DNA from: Alphaproteobacteria bacterium
GTDB taxonomy: Bacteria; Pseudomonadota; Alphaproteobacteria; SP197
Reading direction: 5' to 3'
Assembly: GCA_965228895.1 (NCBI GenBank)
Contig: OZ245842.1
Span: 1,952,001-2,016,000, forward strand
Length of the DNA: 64,000 nt
Translations under genes and position numbers: made by a program
Part shown: one piece after another, positions 33,823-42,226 of the stretch
Layout: each line of letters begins with the position of its first letter
Position numbering within the stretch: position 1 is the first letter of the stretch
The notes under the pieces: model-generated
Told to the model about the DNA's origin: nothing
The model's database searches: none
What the model saw: only the letters and a program-made list of their open reading frames with translations

Positions 33823-35811
33823 ATGTTCAACAAGATTCTTATCGCCAATCGTGGCGAGATCGCCTGCCGGATCATCAAGACCTGCCGGCGCATGGGCATC
33901 CAGACCGTCGCCGTCTATTCGGAGGCCGACGCCGATGCGCTGCACGTCCGAATGGCAGACGAAGCGGTCTTCATCGGACCGCCGGCGCCTGCCGAGAGCT
34001 ATCTAAAGATCGATCGTATCGTCGAGGTGATCGGTGAGACCGGTGCCGAGGCAGTGCATCCGGGCTTTGGATTCCTGTCGGAGAACGGCGCGTTCGTGGA
34101 GGCGGTGGAAAAGGCCGGCGCGGTCTTCATTGGTCCGCCCGCGGCTGCCGTCGCCGCCATGGGCGACAAGATCGAGTCCAAGAAACTGGCCGAAAAGGCC
34201 AACGTCAACGTCATACCCGGCCACATGGGCGAGATCGCCGATGTGGACGAGGCGCTCAAAATCGCCGAGACCATCGGCTATCCCGTCATGATCAAGGCTG
34301 CGGCAGGCGGCGGCGGCAAGGGGATGCGCGTCGCCGAGAATGCCGATGAAGCCCGCGAAGGTTTCCGCGCGGCGCGTTCGGAAGCCAAGGCCTCGTTCGG
34401 CGACGACCGGGTCTTCCTGGAAAAGTTCATTGTTGAGCCCCGCCACATCGAAATTCAGATCATGGCTGACGCTCACGGCAACATCGTCTATCTGGGCGAG
34501 CGCGAATGTTCGATCCAGCGCCGCCACCAGAAGGTCGTCGAAGAAGCGCCGAGCCCGCTGCTTGACCCGAAGACAAGGCAGGCGATGGGTGAGCAGGCGG
34601 TCGCCTTGGCGCGCGCTGTCGACTACCATTCGGCCGGTACCGTCGAGTTCGTCGCTGACGCGAAGAAAAACTTCTATTTCCTTGAAATGAATACAAGATT
34701 ACAGGTTGAGCACCCTGTCACGGAGTTTGTGACAGGCCTCGATCTGGTGGAGCAGATGATCCGTGTCGCGGCGGGTGAAGAGCTGGCGTTCAAGCAGGAC
34801 GACATCAAGTTGGACGGCTGGGCGATCGAGACCCGCGTCTATGCCGAAGATCCGCTGCGCGGTTTCTTGCCGTCGATCGGCCGCCTGACACGCTACCGCC
34901 CGCCGTCGGAGTCCGCCCATGTCCGCATCGATAGCGGCGTGGAAGAGGGGTCGGAGGTCACGATGTTCTACGATCCCATGATCGCGAAGCTCGTGAGTTA
35001 CGGCAGCGACCGTGCGGCGGCGATCGACACCATGGAACGGTCGCTGGACGGCTTCCAGATCCGTGGCGTCAGCCACAACATCGGCTTCCTGTCGGCGATC
35101 ATGCGCGAAGAGCGTTTTCGTGAGGGCGCGCTGACCACGGGATTTGTCGCAGATGTCTGGCCCGATGGTTTCAGCGGTGCTGCGCTGGATGGCGAAACGC
35201 TGGAGAACCTTATCGGCGTCGGTCTTCTCGCGCATCTGACGGTGCTGCGGCGCGACCGCGGCATCTCCGGTCTGTTCGATGGTGCCAACGGCATGGCCGA
35301 GAACTGGGTCGCGCGTCTGGGTCACGATCGCCATGCGGTGACGGCGGTGCTGGTTGATGGCGGCATCGATGTGACGTTGGATGGCCGGGACATTGCGGTG
35401 CGCGGGCAGTGGCTGCCCGGGGACCGTCAGTTTGATGGCATGGTGCAGGATCGCCCGGTCATCGTTCAGACGGATCGACGGGGCACGCAGTGGGACCTCT
35501 CCCACGCCGGTGTTGCCGAGCGCATTGTCATCTTGAGCCAGCACGCCGACACGCTCCTGGAGCGTATGCCGTTCAAGGAACCGGCCGATACCTCACGGCT
35601 TCTGCTGTCACCGATGCCGGGCATGGTCGTCGACATTCTGGTTGCCGAGGGCGATGAGGTGAAATCCGGTGCGGCGCTCGCCATCGTCGACGCCATGAAG
35701 ATGGAGAACGTGCTGCACGCGGAAATCGACGGCCGGGTAAAGGCGGTCAATGTCGCCAAGGGTGACTCGCTGGCCGTCGACCAGATCATCCTGGAGTTTG
35801 ATGAAGCCTGA
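33823..35811 (+). CDS. pccA: Propionyl-CoA carboxylase alpha subunit (biotin carboxylase plus biotin carrier)
   Basis: IANRGEIA, GGGGKGMR, EMNTRLQVEH, C-terminal AMKM. Confidence 0.9.
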   Translation: MFNKILIANRGEIACRIIKTCRRMGIQTVAVYSEADADALHVRMADEAVFIGPPAPAESYLKIDRIVEVIGETGAEAVHPGFGFLSENGAFVEAVEKAGAVFIGPPAAAVAAMGDKIESKKLAEKANVNVIPGHMGEIADVDEALKIAETIGYPVMIKAAAGGGGKGMRVAENADEAREGFRAARSEAKASFGDDRVFLEKFIVEPRHIEIQIMADAHGNIVYLGERECSIQRRHQKVVEEAPSPLLDPKTRQAMGEQAVALARAVDYHSAGTVEFVADAKKNFYFLEMNTRLQVEHPVTEFVTGLDLVEQMIRVAAGEELAFKQDDIKLDGWAIETRVYAEDPLRGFLPSIGRLTRYRPPSESAHVRIDSGVEEGSEVTMFYDPMIAKLVSYGSDRAAAIDTMERSLDGFQIRGVSHNIGFLSAIMREERFREGALTTGFVADVWPDGFSGAALDGETLENLIGVGLLAHLTVLRRDRGISGLFDGANGMAENWVARLGHDRHAVTAVLVDGGIDVTLDGRDIAVRGQWLPGDRQFDGMVQDRPVIVQTDRRGTQWDLSHAGVAERIVILSQHADTLLERMPFKEPADTSRLLLSPMPGMVVDILVAEGDEVKSGAALAIVDAMKMENVLHAEIDGRVKAVNVAKGDSLAVDQIILEFDEA

Positions 35812-36094
35812 CCCCGATTATCGCCAGGTCCATGTTGTGATAGCCGGCCGCGTGCAGGGCGTCTGGTATCGCGCCTGGACCGGCGAGGAGGCGAGTGATC
35901 TGGGACTGAACGGCTGGGTCCGCAACCGGCGCGACGGCACGGTCGAGGCTGTCTTCGCCGGAACGGACCAGGCGGTCGAGAACATGCTTGCGCTGTGTCA
36001 CAAAGGGCCACCGCTCGCCAAGGTCACGATGGTCGACGTTCGCGACGACGAGAGCGCGATAGAACCCGGGTTTCGTCAGCTACCCACCGCCTGA
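35801..36094 (+). CDS. acyP: Acylphosphatase
   Basis: [25 protein letters not shown]. Confidence 0.92.
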   Translation: MKPDPDYRQVHVVIAGRVQGVWYRAWTGEEASDLGLNGWVRNRRDGTVEAVFAGTDQAVENMLALCHKGPPLAKVTMVDVRDDESAIEPGFRQLPTA

Positions 36095-36751
36095 CAGCGT
36101 CAGCGCGGGCGCGGTGTCTAGGCGGGCCGGCATGGCCGTCTCGAAATTGGCTTTCAATGCCGCATCGACGGCCGCCAAATCAGCATCGATGCCGAGTGCG
36201 CGCAGGGACGTCACGCCGTGGCCTTGGATACCGCACGGGATGATGCCGCGGAAATGGTCGAGATCGGGATCGACGTTGATGGCAATGCCGTGAAACGACA
36301 CCCAGCGGCGCACCCGGATGCCGATCGCGGCGATCTTGTCTTCGCCGCCTGGCCGGCGAACCCACACGCCGACCCGATCGTCCCGTGTTTCGCCGGTAAC
36401 ACCGAAGTCGGCCAGCGTCGCGATGAGCCATGTTTCCAGGCCGCGGACAAAGGCCTTCAGATCGCCGCCACGAGCCTTCAAGTCCAACATCACATAGGCA
36501 ACGCGCTGACCGGGGCCGTGATAGGTGTAGCGGCCGCCCCGACCGGTTCGGTAGACGGGGAAAGCGCCGGCATCCAGAAGCTCTGACGCATCGGCGCTGG
36601 TGCCGGCGGTATAGAGCGGCGGGTGTTCCACCAGCCAAACCGTCTCCGGTGCGCTCCCGGCGCGAATCGCCCCAGCCCGCTCCTCCATGAAGCTGACGGC
36701 GTCTGGATAGGCGACGGGCGCCTCGCTTATCTGCCACAGAACGCCTGACAT
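36080..36751 (-). CDS. lipB: Lipoyl(octanoyl) transferase
   Basis: [32 protein letters not shown]. Confidence 0.96.
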   Translation of the reverse strand: MSGVLWQISEAPVAYPDAVSFMEERAGAIRAGSAPETVWLVEHPPLYTAGTSADASELLDAGAFPVYRTGRGGRYTYHGPGQRVAYVMLDLKARGGDLKAFVRGLETWLIATLADFGVTGETRDDRVGVWVRRPGGEDKIAAIGIRVRRWVSFHGIAINVDPDLDHFRGIIPCGIQGHGVTSLRALGIDADLAAVDAALKANFETAMPARLDTAPALTLSGGG

Positions 36752-36776
36752 GGGCTCCTGTCCTTGATTGCGGCCC

Positions 36777-36805
36777 TTGCGGGTACCTATGAATCTAGCT
36801 ATAGG
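36777..36805 (+). promoter_or_regulatory. Putative promoter of tRNA-Leu
   Basis: TTGCGG-17 bp-TATAGG, ending 19 bp before the tRNA. Confidence 0.45.
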
Positions 36806-36824
36806 AACGTCGATTACCAGCTCT

Positions 36825-36910
36825 GCGGTCGTGGCGGAATTGGTAGACGCGCAGCGTTGAGGGCGCTGTGGGCTTAGCCCGTGGAAGTTCGAGTCTTCTC
36901 GACCGCACCA
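36825..36910 (+). tRNA. tRNA-Leu(GAG)
   Basis: Acceptor stem GCGGTCG/CGACCGC, D-loop TGGTAGAC, anticodon arm CAGCG-TTGAGGG-CGCTG, long variable arm, GTTCGAGT, encoded CCA. Confidence 0.97.
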
Positions 36911-36919
36911 GTTTCCCGA

Positions 36920-36952
36920 AAAAGGGCCCGTCGCAGCGCGGCGGGTCCTTTT
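36920..36952. terminator. Intrinsic terminator after tRNA-Leu
   Basis: AAAAGGGCCCGTCGC-AGC-GCGGCGGGTCCTTTT. Confidence 0.75.
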
Positions 36953-36993
36953 CTTAAGCCGGTGCCCGCCCGTTGGGCTGGTGAAGCGATCCC

Positions 36994-37057
36994 TAGAGCG
37001 GATTGACCCGTCTTGATGTCATAGCGAAGCGATTCCATCAAAACAGGATCTGCTCTA
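36994..37057 (+). repeat. 64-bp palindromic repeat, copy 2
   Basis: TAGAGCGGAT...GCGAAGC...ATCTGCTCTA; ungapped 56/64 match to 28095-28158. Confidence 0.85.
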
Positions 37058-37084
37058 GGCACAACACTCAAAAATGGGTGGGTC

Positions 37085-38482
37085 ATGAGCGAACAGACCG
37101 CGCAGAGCACCATCGAAACCGCGTCCGACGTCCACGACCTCTATGGTCTGACGCCGGAGCTGCTGCATGCCATTCTGGAATCGCTAGGCGACGATGATGG
37201 CAACCGGCTGGAAGCGCTCGTTGTCCCGCTCCATCCCGCCGACATCGCTGACCTGTTGGAGCAGATTACCTCGCACCAGCGCCGCCAGGTGCTCGACGCG
37301 CTACGGCCGGAGTTCGATCCGGAGGTGCTGGCCCATCTGGACGAGTCGGTTCTTGAAGACGTCGTCGAGATTCTGGGCACCGACGATGTCGCCCATCTGG
37401 TCGAGCAGCTTGAAACCGACGACGCCGTCGATGTTCTCGAAGACCTCGACCAGAACGTGCAGGAAGAAGTCCTGGCCGCCGTGCCGTTCGCATCACGCCG
37501 AGCTGTCGAGGAAGGCCTCACGTTTCCGGAGGACAGCGCCGGCCGCCTGATGCGACGCGATGTCGTCGCCGTGCCGATGTTCTGGAACATCGGCCAGACG
37601 ATCGACTACCTGCGCGCCAGCGACGATCTGCCGGACGACTTCTACGAAATCTTTATCGTCGATCCCCAGCACAAACCTTTGGGGTCGGTGCCGATCAGCA
37701 GGATCCTGCGCAACGGCCGCGAGATGCGCCTGCAGAACCTGGTCGAAGATGATGAACCGACAACTGTCAATGCGACGACGGACCAGGAAGAGGTCGCCTA
37801 CATCTTCCAGCAATACGGTCTGAGTGAAATGGCCGTCACCGACAACGATGGCCGGCTGCTCGGCGCCATCACCTTTGACGACGTGGTCGACGTTATCGGT
37901 GAGGAAACGGAAGAAGACACGCTACGCCTCGGCGGTGTCGCGGAAACCGATCTGAACGATGAAATCGTCACGACAACGCGTAAGCGTTTCCTGTGGCTGT
38001 TCGTCAATCTGGGCACCGCCATATTGGCGTCGTTGGTGATTGGTGTCTTCGAGGGCACGTTGGAACGTTTCGTGGCGCTCGCGGTCTTGATGCCGATCGT
38101 CGCGTCCATGGGCGGTAACGCGGGCACCCAGACGATGACAGTTGCCGTGCGCGCCCTGGCAACGCGCGACCTGACAAGAGCGAACGCGCTGCGTGTTGTC
38201 GGTAAGGAAGTCGTCGTCGGCCTGTTGAACGGCCTGGTCTTCGCCGTGCTGGTCGGCCTTGTCGCGTGGCAATGGTTTCAGGAGCCGATGCTGGGCGTCG
38301 TGATTGGTATTGCTATGGTGGTCAACCTGCTGGTCGCCGGCATGGCAGGCGCACTGATCCCGCTTGGATTGAACGCGCTGAAGGTGGACCCGGCGGTTTC
38401 CGCCGGCGTCTTTCTGACGACCGTGACCGATGTCGTCGGCTTTTTTGTCTTCCTGGCTCTGGGCGCGGCCATACTGCTTTAA
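37085..38482 (+). CDS. mgtE: Magnesium transporter MgtE
   Basis: HPADIA N-domain, CBS pair, PIVASMGGNAGTQ, TTVTDVVG. Confidence 0.96.
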   Translation: MSEQTAQSTIETASDVHDLYGLTPELLHAILESLGDDDGNRLEALVVPLHPADIADLLEQITSHQRRQVLDALRPEFDPEVLAHLDESVLEDVVEILGTDDVAHLVEQLETDDAVDVLEDLDQNVQEEVLAAVPFASRRAVEEGLTFPEDSAGRLMRRDVVAVPMFWNIGQTIDYLRASDDLPDDFYEIFIVDPQHKPLGSVPISRILRNGREMRLQNLVEDDEPTTVNATTDQEEVAYIFQQYGLSEMAVTDNDGRLLGAITFDDVVDVIGEETEEDTLRLGGVAETDLNDEIVTTTRKRFLWLFVNLGTAILASLVIGVFEGTLERFVALAVLMPIVASMGGNAGTQTMTVAVRALATRDLTRANALRVVGKEVVVGLLNGLVFAVLVGLVAWQWFQEPMLGVVIGIAMVVNLLVAGMAGALIPLGLNALKVDPAVSAGVFLTTVTDVVGFFVFLALGAAILL

Positions 38483-38495
38483 TCGGAGAATGACC

Positions 38496-38654
38496 ATGCG
38501 GCGAAAGATCTACTCCGGCTGCGTGTTTGAGGAACTGGTCGGTGAGCACTTCCGTGACATCAGGCCAGCCAACACGACCGTCATCTGCGCTTTGACCAAA
38601 CCGGAGATGAAGGTTGAGATCGAAGTGACCGCGCGCCGCCAGACAAACGGGTAG
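38496..38654 (+). pseudogene. RidA/Rid-family protein with a large in-frame internal deletion
   Basis: N-terminal MRRKIYSGCVFEELVG fused directly to C-terminal EHFRDIRPANT...EMKVEIEVTA; 52 aa versus about 125 typical; GGAG RBS. Confidence 0.75.
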
Positions 38655-38660
38655 GGAACC

Positions 38661-39266
38661 ATGACACAGCCCATCGACTTCTATTTCGACTTCAGTTCGC
38701 CTTATGGCTACCTCGCGACCGCGCGCATCGACGATATCGCCGCCAAGCACGGCCGCACCGTCTCCTGGCGCCCGATCCTGCTCGGCATCGCGTTTCAGAA
38801 AACCGGCCAAACACCGCTGATCAACCAGCCGGTGCGCGGCGCGTACTTCAAGCACGATATCGATCGCATGGCGCGCGACTATGGGATACCGCTTGTGTGG
38901 CCGGAGAACTTTCCGTTTCACTCCGTGGCGGCAAGCCGCGCGTTCTACTGGCTCGCGGACCGCGACAGTGCACTTGCGGTACGCTTCGCGCGTCTCGTGT
39001 TCCAGACCTATTGGGGCGAGGGCCGTGACGTCGCAAAACCGCCGCAGCTGGCAGAGGCGACCTGCGAAGCGCTCGGCCTCGACGCGGACGACATGCTGGC
39101 CGCACTAGCCGACGGCACGATCAAGGACCGGTTGCGCACGGAAGTCGATCAGGCGCTCGACAAAGGCATTTTTGGATCGCCCCTGTTCGATATCGACGGC
39201 GAACTGTTCTGGGGCTGCGACAAGTTCAGCGAGATCGACCGCTGGCTTGCCACAGGCGGTTGGTAA
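38661..39266 (+). CDS. 2-hydroxychromene-2-carboxylate isomerase / GST-kappa (DsbA-like) family protein
   Basis: FYFDFSSPYGY, GIFGSP, ELFWGCD. Confidence 0.9.
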   Translation: MTQPIDFYFDFSSPYGYLATARIDDIAAKHGRTVSWRPILLGIAFQKTGQTPLINQPVRGAYFKHDIDRMARDYGIPLVWPENFPFHSVAASRAFYWLADRDSALAVRFARLVFQTYWGEGRDVAKPPQLAEATCEALGLDADDMLAALADGTIKDRLRTEVDQALDKGIFGSPLFDIDGELFWGCDKFSEIDRWLATGGW

Positions 39267-39287
39267 CTATTTGAAATAGCGGAAAAA

Positions 39288-40253
39288 TCAATCGGTCGTG
39301 TCGTCCGTTAGCGCGTTGAGATAGAGCGCGCGGTCGATGTTACCGCCGGACAAGACAACCGCGACCCGTTTGCCGCGCATGGCGCCCGCCTCGTTCTTAA
39401 GACCGGCAAGGGCGACCGCGCCGGCGCCTTCCGCCATGTTGTGGGTATCGCTGGCGAGATCGCGGATTGCGGCCATGATCGCGTCATCGCTAACGGTGAT
39501 GATGCGTTCGGCGCCGCGCCGGATGATGGCCAACGCGTCATCGTTGGGGACGCGGCAGGCGACGCCGTCGGCCATGGTGTCGGCGCTGTTGGTGGCGATG
39601 GCTTTGCCGGCTTCAAACGACAGCGCATAGGTCGCCGCCTTTTCGGACACCACGCCGACGATCTTGGTCGTCAGCCCGAGTGCATCGCGCACGCGAATGG
39701 CGCCGCAAATGCCCGATCCCAAACCAATGGGCACATAGAGCGTATCGATGTCGGCGACGCGGTCGAACAGTTCGAGGCTGTAGCTCGCGACACCGGCGAC
39801 GAGATCTTCGTGGAACGAGGGCACGAGGTGCAGCCCGCGCCGTTCCGCTTCGGCAAGGGTATACTCATAGGCTGCCTGAAAGTCGTGACCACTCTCGATC
39901 AGCTCGGCGCCCAGCGCCTGCATCGCCGCGTTCTTTTCCGCCGAGTTGCCATGGGGCACGACAATGGTCGCCGCCAGGCCGTTGTGTCTGGCGGCAAAGG
40001 CGACACTTTGCCCATGATTGCCGCGGGTTGCCGAGATGACGCCTTTGACGTCAGGCGCGCGTTCGCGAAGCCGATTCATGTAGACGAGACCGCCGCGCAG
40101 CTTGAAGGCGCCGATCGGTGTGTGGTTCTCGTGCTTGACCCAGATTTCGCTGCCGACCCGTGCGTTCAGCAGGGGCCATGCATGCTGCAGTGTCGGTTGA
40201 ACGGTTCGATGAACCAGCGCGGCGGCATCGCGCAAGGCCTCCAGCGATGCCAT
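39288..40253 (-). CDS. PLP-dependent threonine/serine dehydratase family protein
   Basis: KHENHTPIGAFKLRG, ATRGNHGQ, PIGLGSG, LSGGN; ATG at 40253. Confidence 0.9.
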   Translation of the reverse strand: MASLEALRDAAALVHRTVQPTLQHAWPLLNARVGSEIWVKHENHTPIGAFKLRGGLVYMNRLRERAPDVKGVISATRGNHGQSVAFAARHNGLAATIVVPHGNSAEKNAAMQALGAELIESGHDFQAAYEYTLAEAERRGLHLVPSFHEDLVAGVASYSLELFDRVADIDTLYVPIGLGSGICGAIRVRDALGLTTKIVGVVSEKAATYALSFEAGKAIATNSADTMADGVACRVPNDDALAIIRRGAERIITVSDDAIMAAIRDLASDTHNMAEGAGAVALAGLKNEAGAMRGKRVAVVLSGGNIDRALYLNALTDDTTD

Positions 40254-40257
40254 GGAA

Positions 40258-41085
40258 TCAGGCAAGCTCGATACGCATGTGCTCCCTGGCAACGAAGGCT
40301 TGCGGCCACATGACCTTGGCCTTCGTCTCGACCCGGCGCATGAAGCGGTCTTCGTGATCGGGGTCGTGGTGGAAGATCGCAAGGTTCTTGACGTTTGCCG
40401 CCTGGCACAGCCTGACGCCTTCCTGCCATGTCGAGTGACCCCAGCCGATCTTCGCCGGGAACTCCTTATCCGTATAGGTGGAGTCGTAGACCACCAGATC
40501 AGCACCTTCGATCAGACCCAGGATGTTCTGGTCGGGCTGGCCGATGACATGTTCGGTGTCGGTGACGTAGCAGAAGGACTTGCCCTTGAAATTCACGCGA
40601 TAGCCGGTCGCGCCATTGGGATGATTGAGTGCTGCCGTCTGAATGTCGATGTTCTTGCGCTTGCCAAGCTTGAAGCTGTCGCCGGCCTTGAAGTCGGCGA
40701 ACTCCTTGGCGGCGGTCATCGCTTCGAGCGGCACCGGGAAATAGGGGCTTTGCATCTGATCGGCAAAGACGTTCTCGATGGTGTCGTTCTGCAGGTGCCC
40801 GGCCAGGACGGTGAAATGGCAGTCGGGATGGAAGGCGGGGGTAAAGAACGGAAAGCCGTTGATGTGGTCCCAGTGGGTGTGGGACAGCAGGATCGTCGCG
40901 TCGCGCACGTTCTTGCGCAAAAGCCAGTGACCCAGGCCGCGAATACCTGTGCCGGCGTCCATGATGACGCGTTCGCCACCGCAGGCGACTTCAATACAGC
41001 TTGTGTTGCCGCCGAACGCGATATGATTGGGCGACGGACAGGCGATGCTGCCGCGAACTCCCCAGAACTTGATCTTAAACGACAT
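40258..41085 (-). CDS. MBL-fold metallo-hydrolase (PhnP/RNase Z-like, possible cyclic-nucleotide phosphodiesterase)
   Basis: WGVRGS, GGNTSC, HTHWDH (HxHxDH), WGHS, FHHDP. Confidence 0.88.
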   Translation of the reverse strand: MSFKIKFWGVRGSIACPSPNHIAFGGNTSCIEVACGGERVIMDAGTGIRGLGHWLLRKNVRDATILLSHTHWDHINGFPFFTPAFHPDCHFTVLAGHLQNDTIENVFADQMQSPYFPVPLEAMTAAKEFADFKAGDSFKLGKRKNIDIQTAALNHPNGATGYRVNFKGKSFCYVTDTEHVIGQPDQNILGLIEGADLVVYDSTYTDKEFPAKIGWGHSTWQEGVRLCQAANVKNLAIFHHDPDHEDRFMRRVETKAKVMWPQAFVAREHMRIELA

Positions 41086-41271
41086 TAGGTCTTGTCCCGT
41101 CTGGCGTCGGCTTCGACGACCATGATGCCTTCCTGGACTGCCATCCGGTCTAGCGCCTGGGCTGACACAACCGGAGCATCAGGCCGGTTGCGGGGCATTC
41201 CAACGGGAAGGACGGGGCCGCTCGATACACCGTCTCCTGATGGGAGTGTGACGCATTCGCGACGCCGGCGG

Positions 41272-41287
41272 TATGACGAATGTCACT
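41272..41287. promoter_or_regulatory. CRP-like box upstream of the MBL hydrolase
   Basis: TATGA-CGAATG-TCACT, 8/10 match to TGTGA-N6-TCACA. Confidence 0.35.
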
Positions 41288-41312
41288 CATCACACTGGGG
41301 CCTATGGGGCGC

Positions 41313-42038
41313 CTAGCGCGCGATGGCCGCGGTTCGCTCGGCATCCAGGGACTCGGCAAGCTCCTCAAGGCGCTGCTTGTCCTGGATGTAGAGCACCTTG
41401 TCGCGTTTCTCGACAATGCCGTCATGGGTCAGGTGGCTGACCACCCGGGCCACCGTCTCGCGGGTTGTGCTGGCGCGCCCGGCAATCTCCTTATGGGCGG
41501 GCATTGGGTAAATGACCCAGAAGCCTGCGCCGGCCGCATCCGGCTTGCACATGCGCAACAGTTCCAGATAGACGCGCTGGACGGCGCCCAGCGTGCTCAG
41601 ATCCATGATCCGGTCGTCGCAGGTCCTGACGATCTTGGCCAGGCGGCGGACCACGGTCTGCAGCACCGAAGGGTGCCGGCTCATCAGGTCCAGGAAGCTG
41701 CTGGGCGACATCATCGCGACCTGGGCCGCCTTGATCGCGACCACGGTGGCCGAGCGGGGCTCGCCGTCGATGGCGGCCAACTCGCCAAAATAGCCGCCGG
41801 TTCCGACGATCGCGTAGGCGACTTCACGGCCGGAACGCGAATAATTGACAATTCTGACGGAGCCATCGGCGACCAGGAACACGTCGCGATTGTCGCTGGC
41901 GCGGTCCATGATCTGCTCGCCGGCCTTGTAATTGCGCCAGCGGACGTTCTTTTCGAGCGCCTTGACCTCGTCCTCCGAGAGCTCGGAGAGCAGTCCGATG
42001 CCTGTCAAACCACGATTTTTGGTTGTCGGCTCGACCAC
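41313..42038 (-). CDS. Crp/Fnr-family regulator, CRP-like
   Basis: cNMP-binding cassette FGELAAIDGEPRSA; HTH recognition helix TTRETVAR. Confidence 0.92.
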   Translation of the reverse strand: MVEPTTKNRGLTGIGLLSELSEDEVKALEKNVRWRNYKAGEQIMDRASDNRDVFLVADGSVRIVNYSRSGREVAYAIVGTGGYFGELAAIDGEPRSATVVAIKAAQVAMMSPSSFLDLMSRHPSVLQTVVRRLAKIVRTCDDRIMDLSTLGAVQRVYLELLRMCKPDAAGAGFWVIYPMPAHKEIAGRASTTRETVARVVSHLTHDGIVEKRDKVLYIQDKQRLEELAESLDAERTAAIAR

Positions 42039-42226
42039 GTTGATCCCCCAATCGCCGGCTATTCCAGCGTAGATACTAGCAAACCCAAGGCATCGGGTGC
42101 AAAAGTAGTGAAAATATGGCGACGGATGGCGCCACTTACCAGCATAGACCCGCCGCCGACTCCGGCCGGCGTGAACGGAGCCAAGAGGTCAGATCTTTGG
42201 AACACGCGCAACGGAAGCACACGGCA

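Noticed and set aside
36825-37084. tRNA-Leu as a genomic-island integration site
   Set aside because: No integrase and no duplicated tRNA 3' end seen; the tRNA is followed by housekeeping mgtE.
39288-40505. 405-aa N-terminally extended dehydratase from the ORF track
   Set aside because: The extension overlaps the MBL hydrolase gene; the likely start is ATG 40253. Similar over-extended starts were trimmed for rplC, rpsS, rpsK, HAD, ATP12, galU and the ADH genes.
42041-42054. FNR-like box TTGAT...AATCG near the Crp gene start
   Set aside because: The spacing and second half-site do not fit TTGAT-N4-ATCAA, and it overlaps the RBS region.
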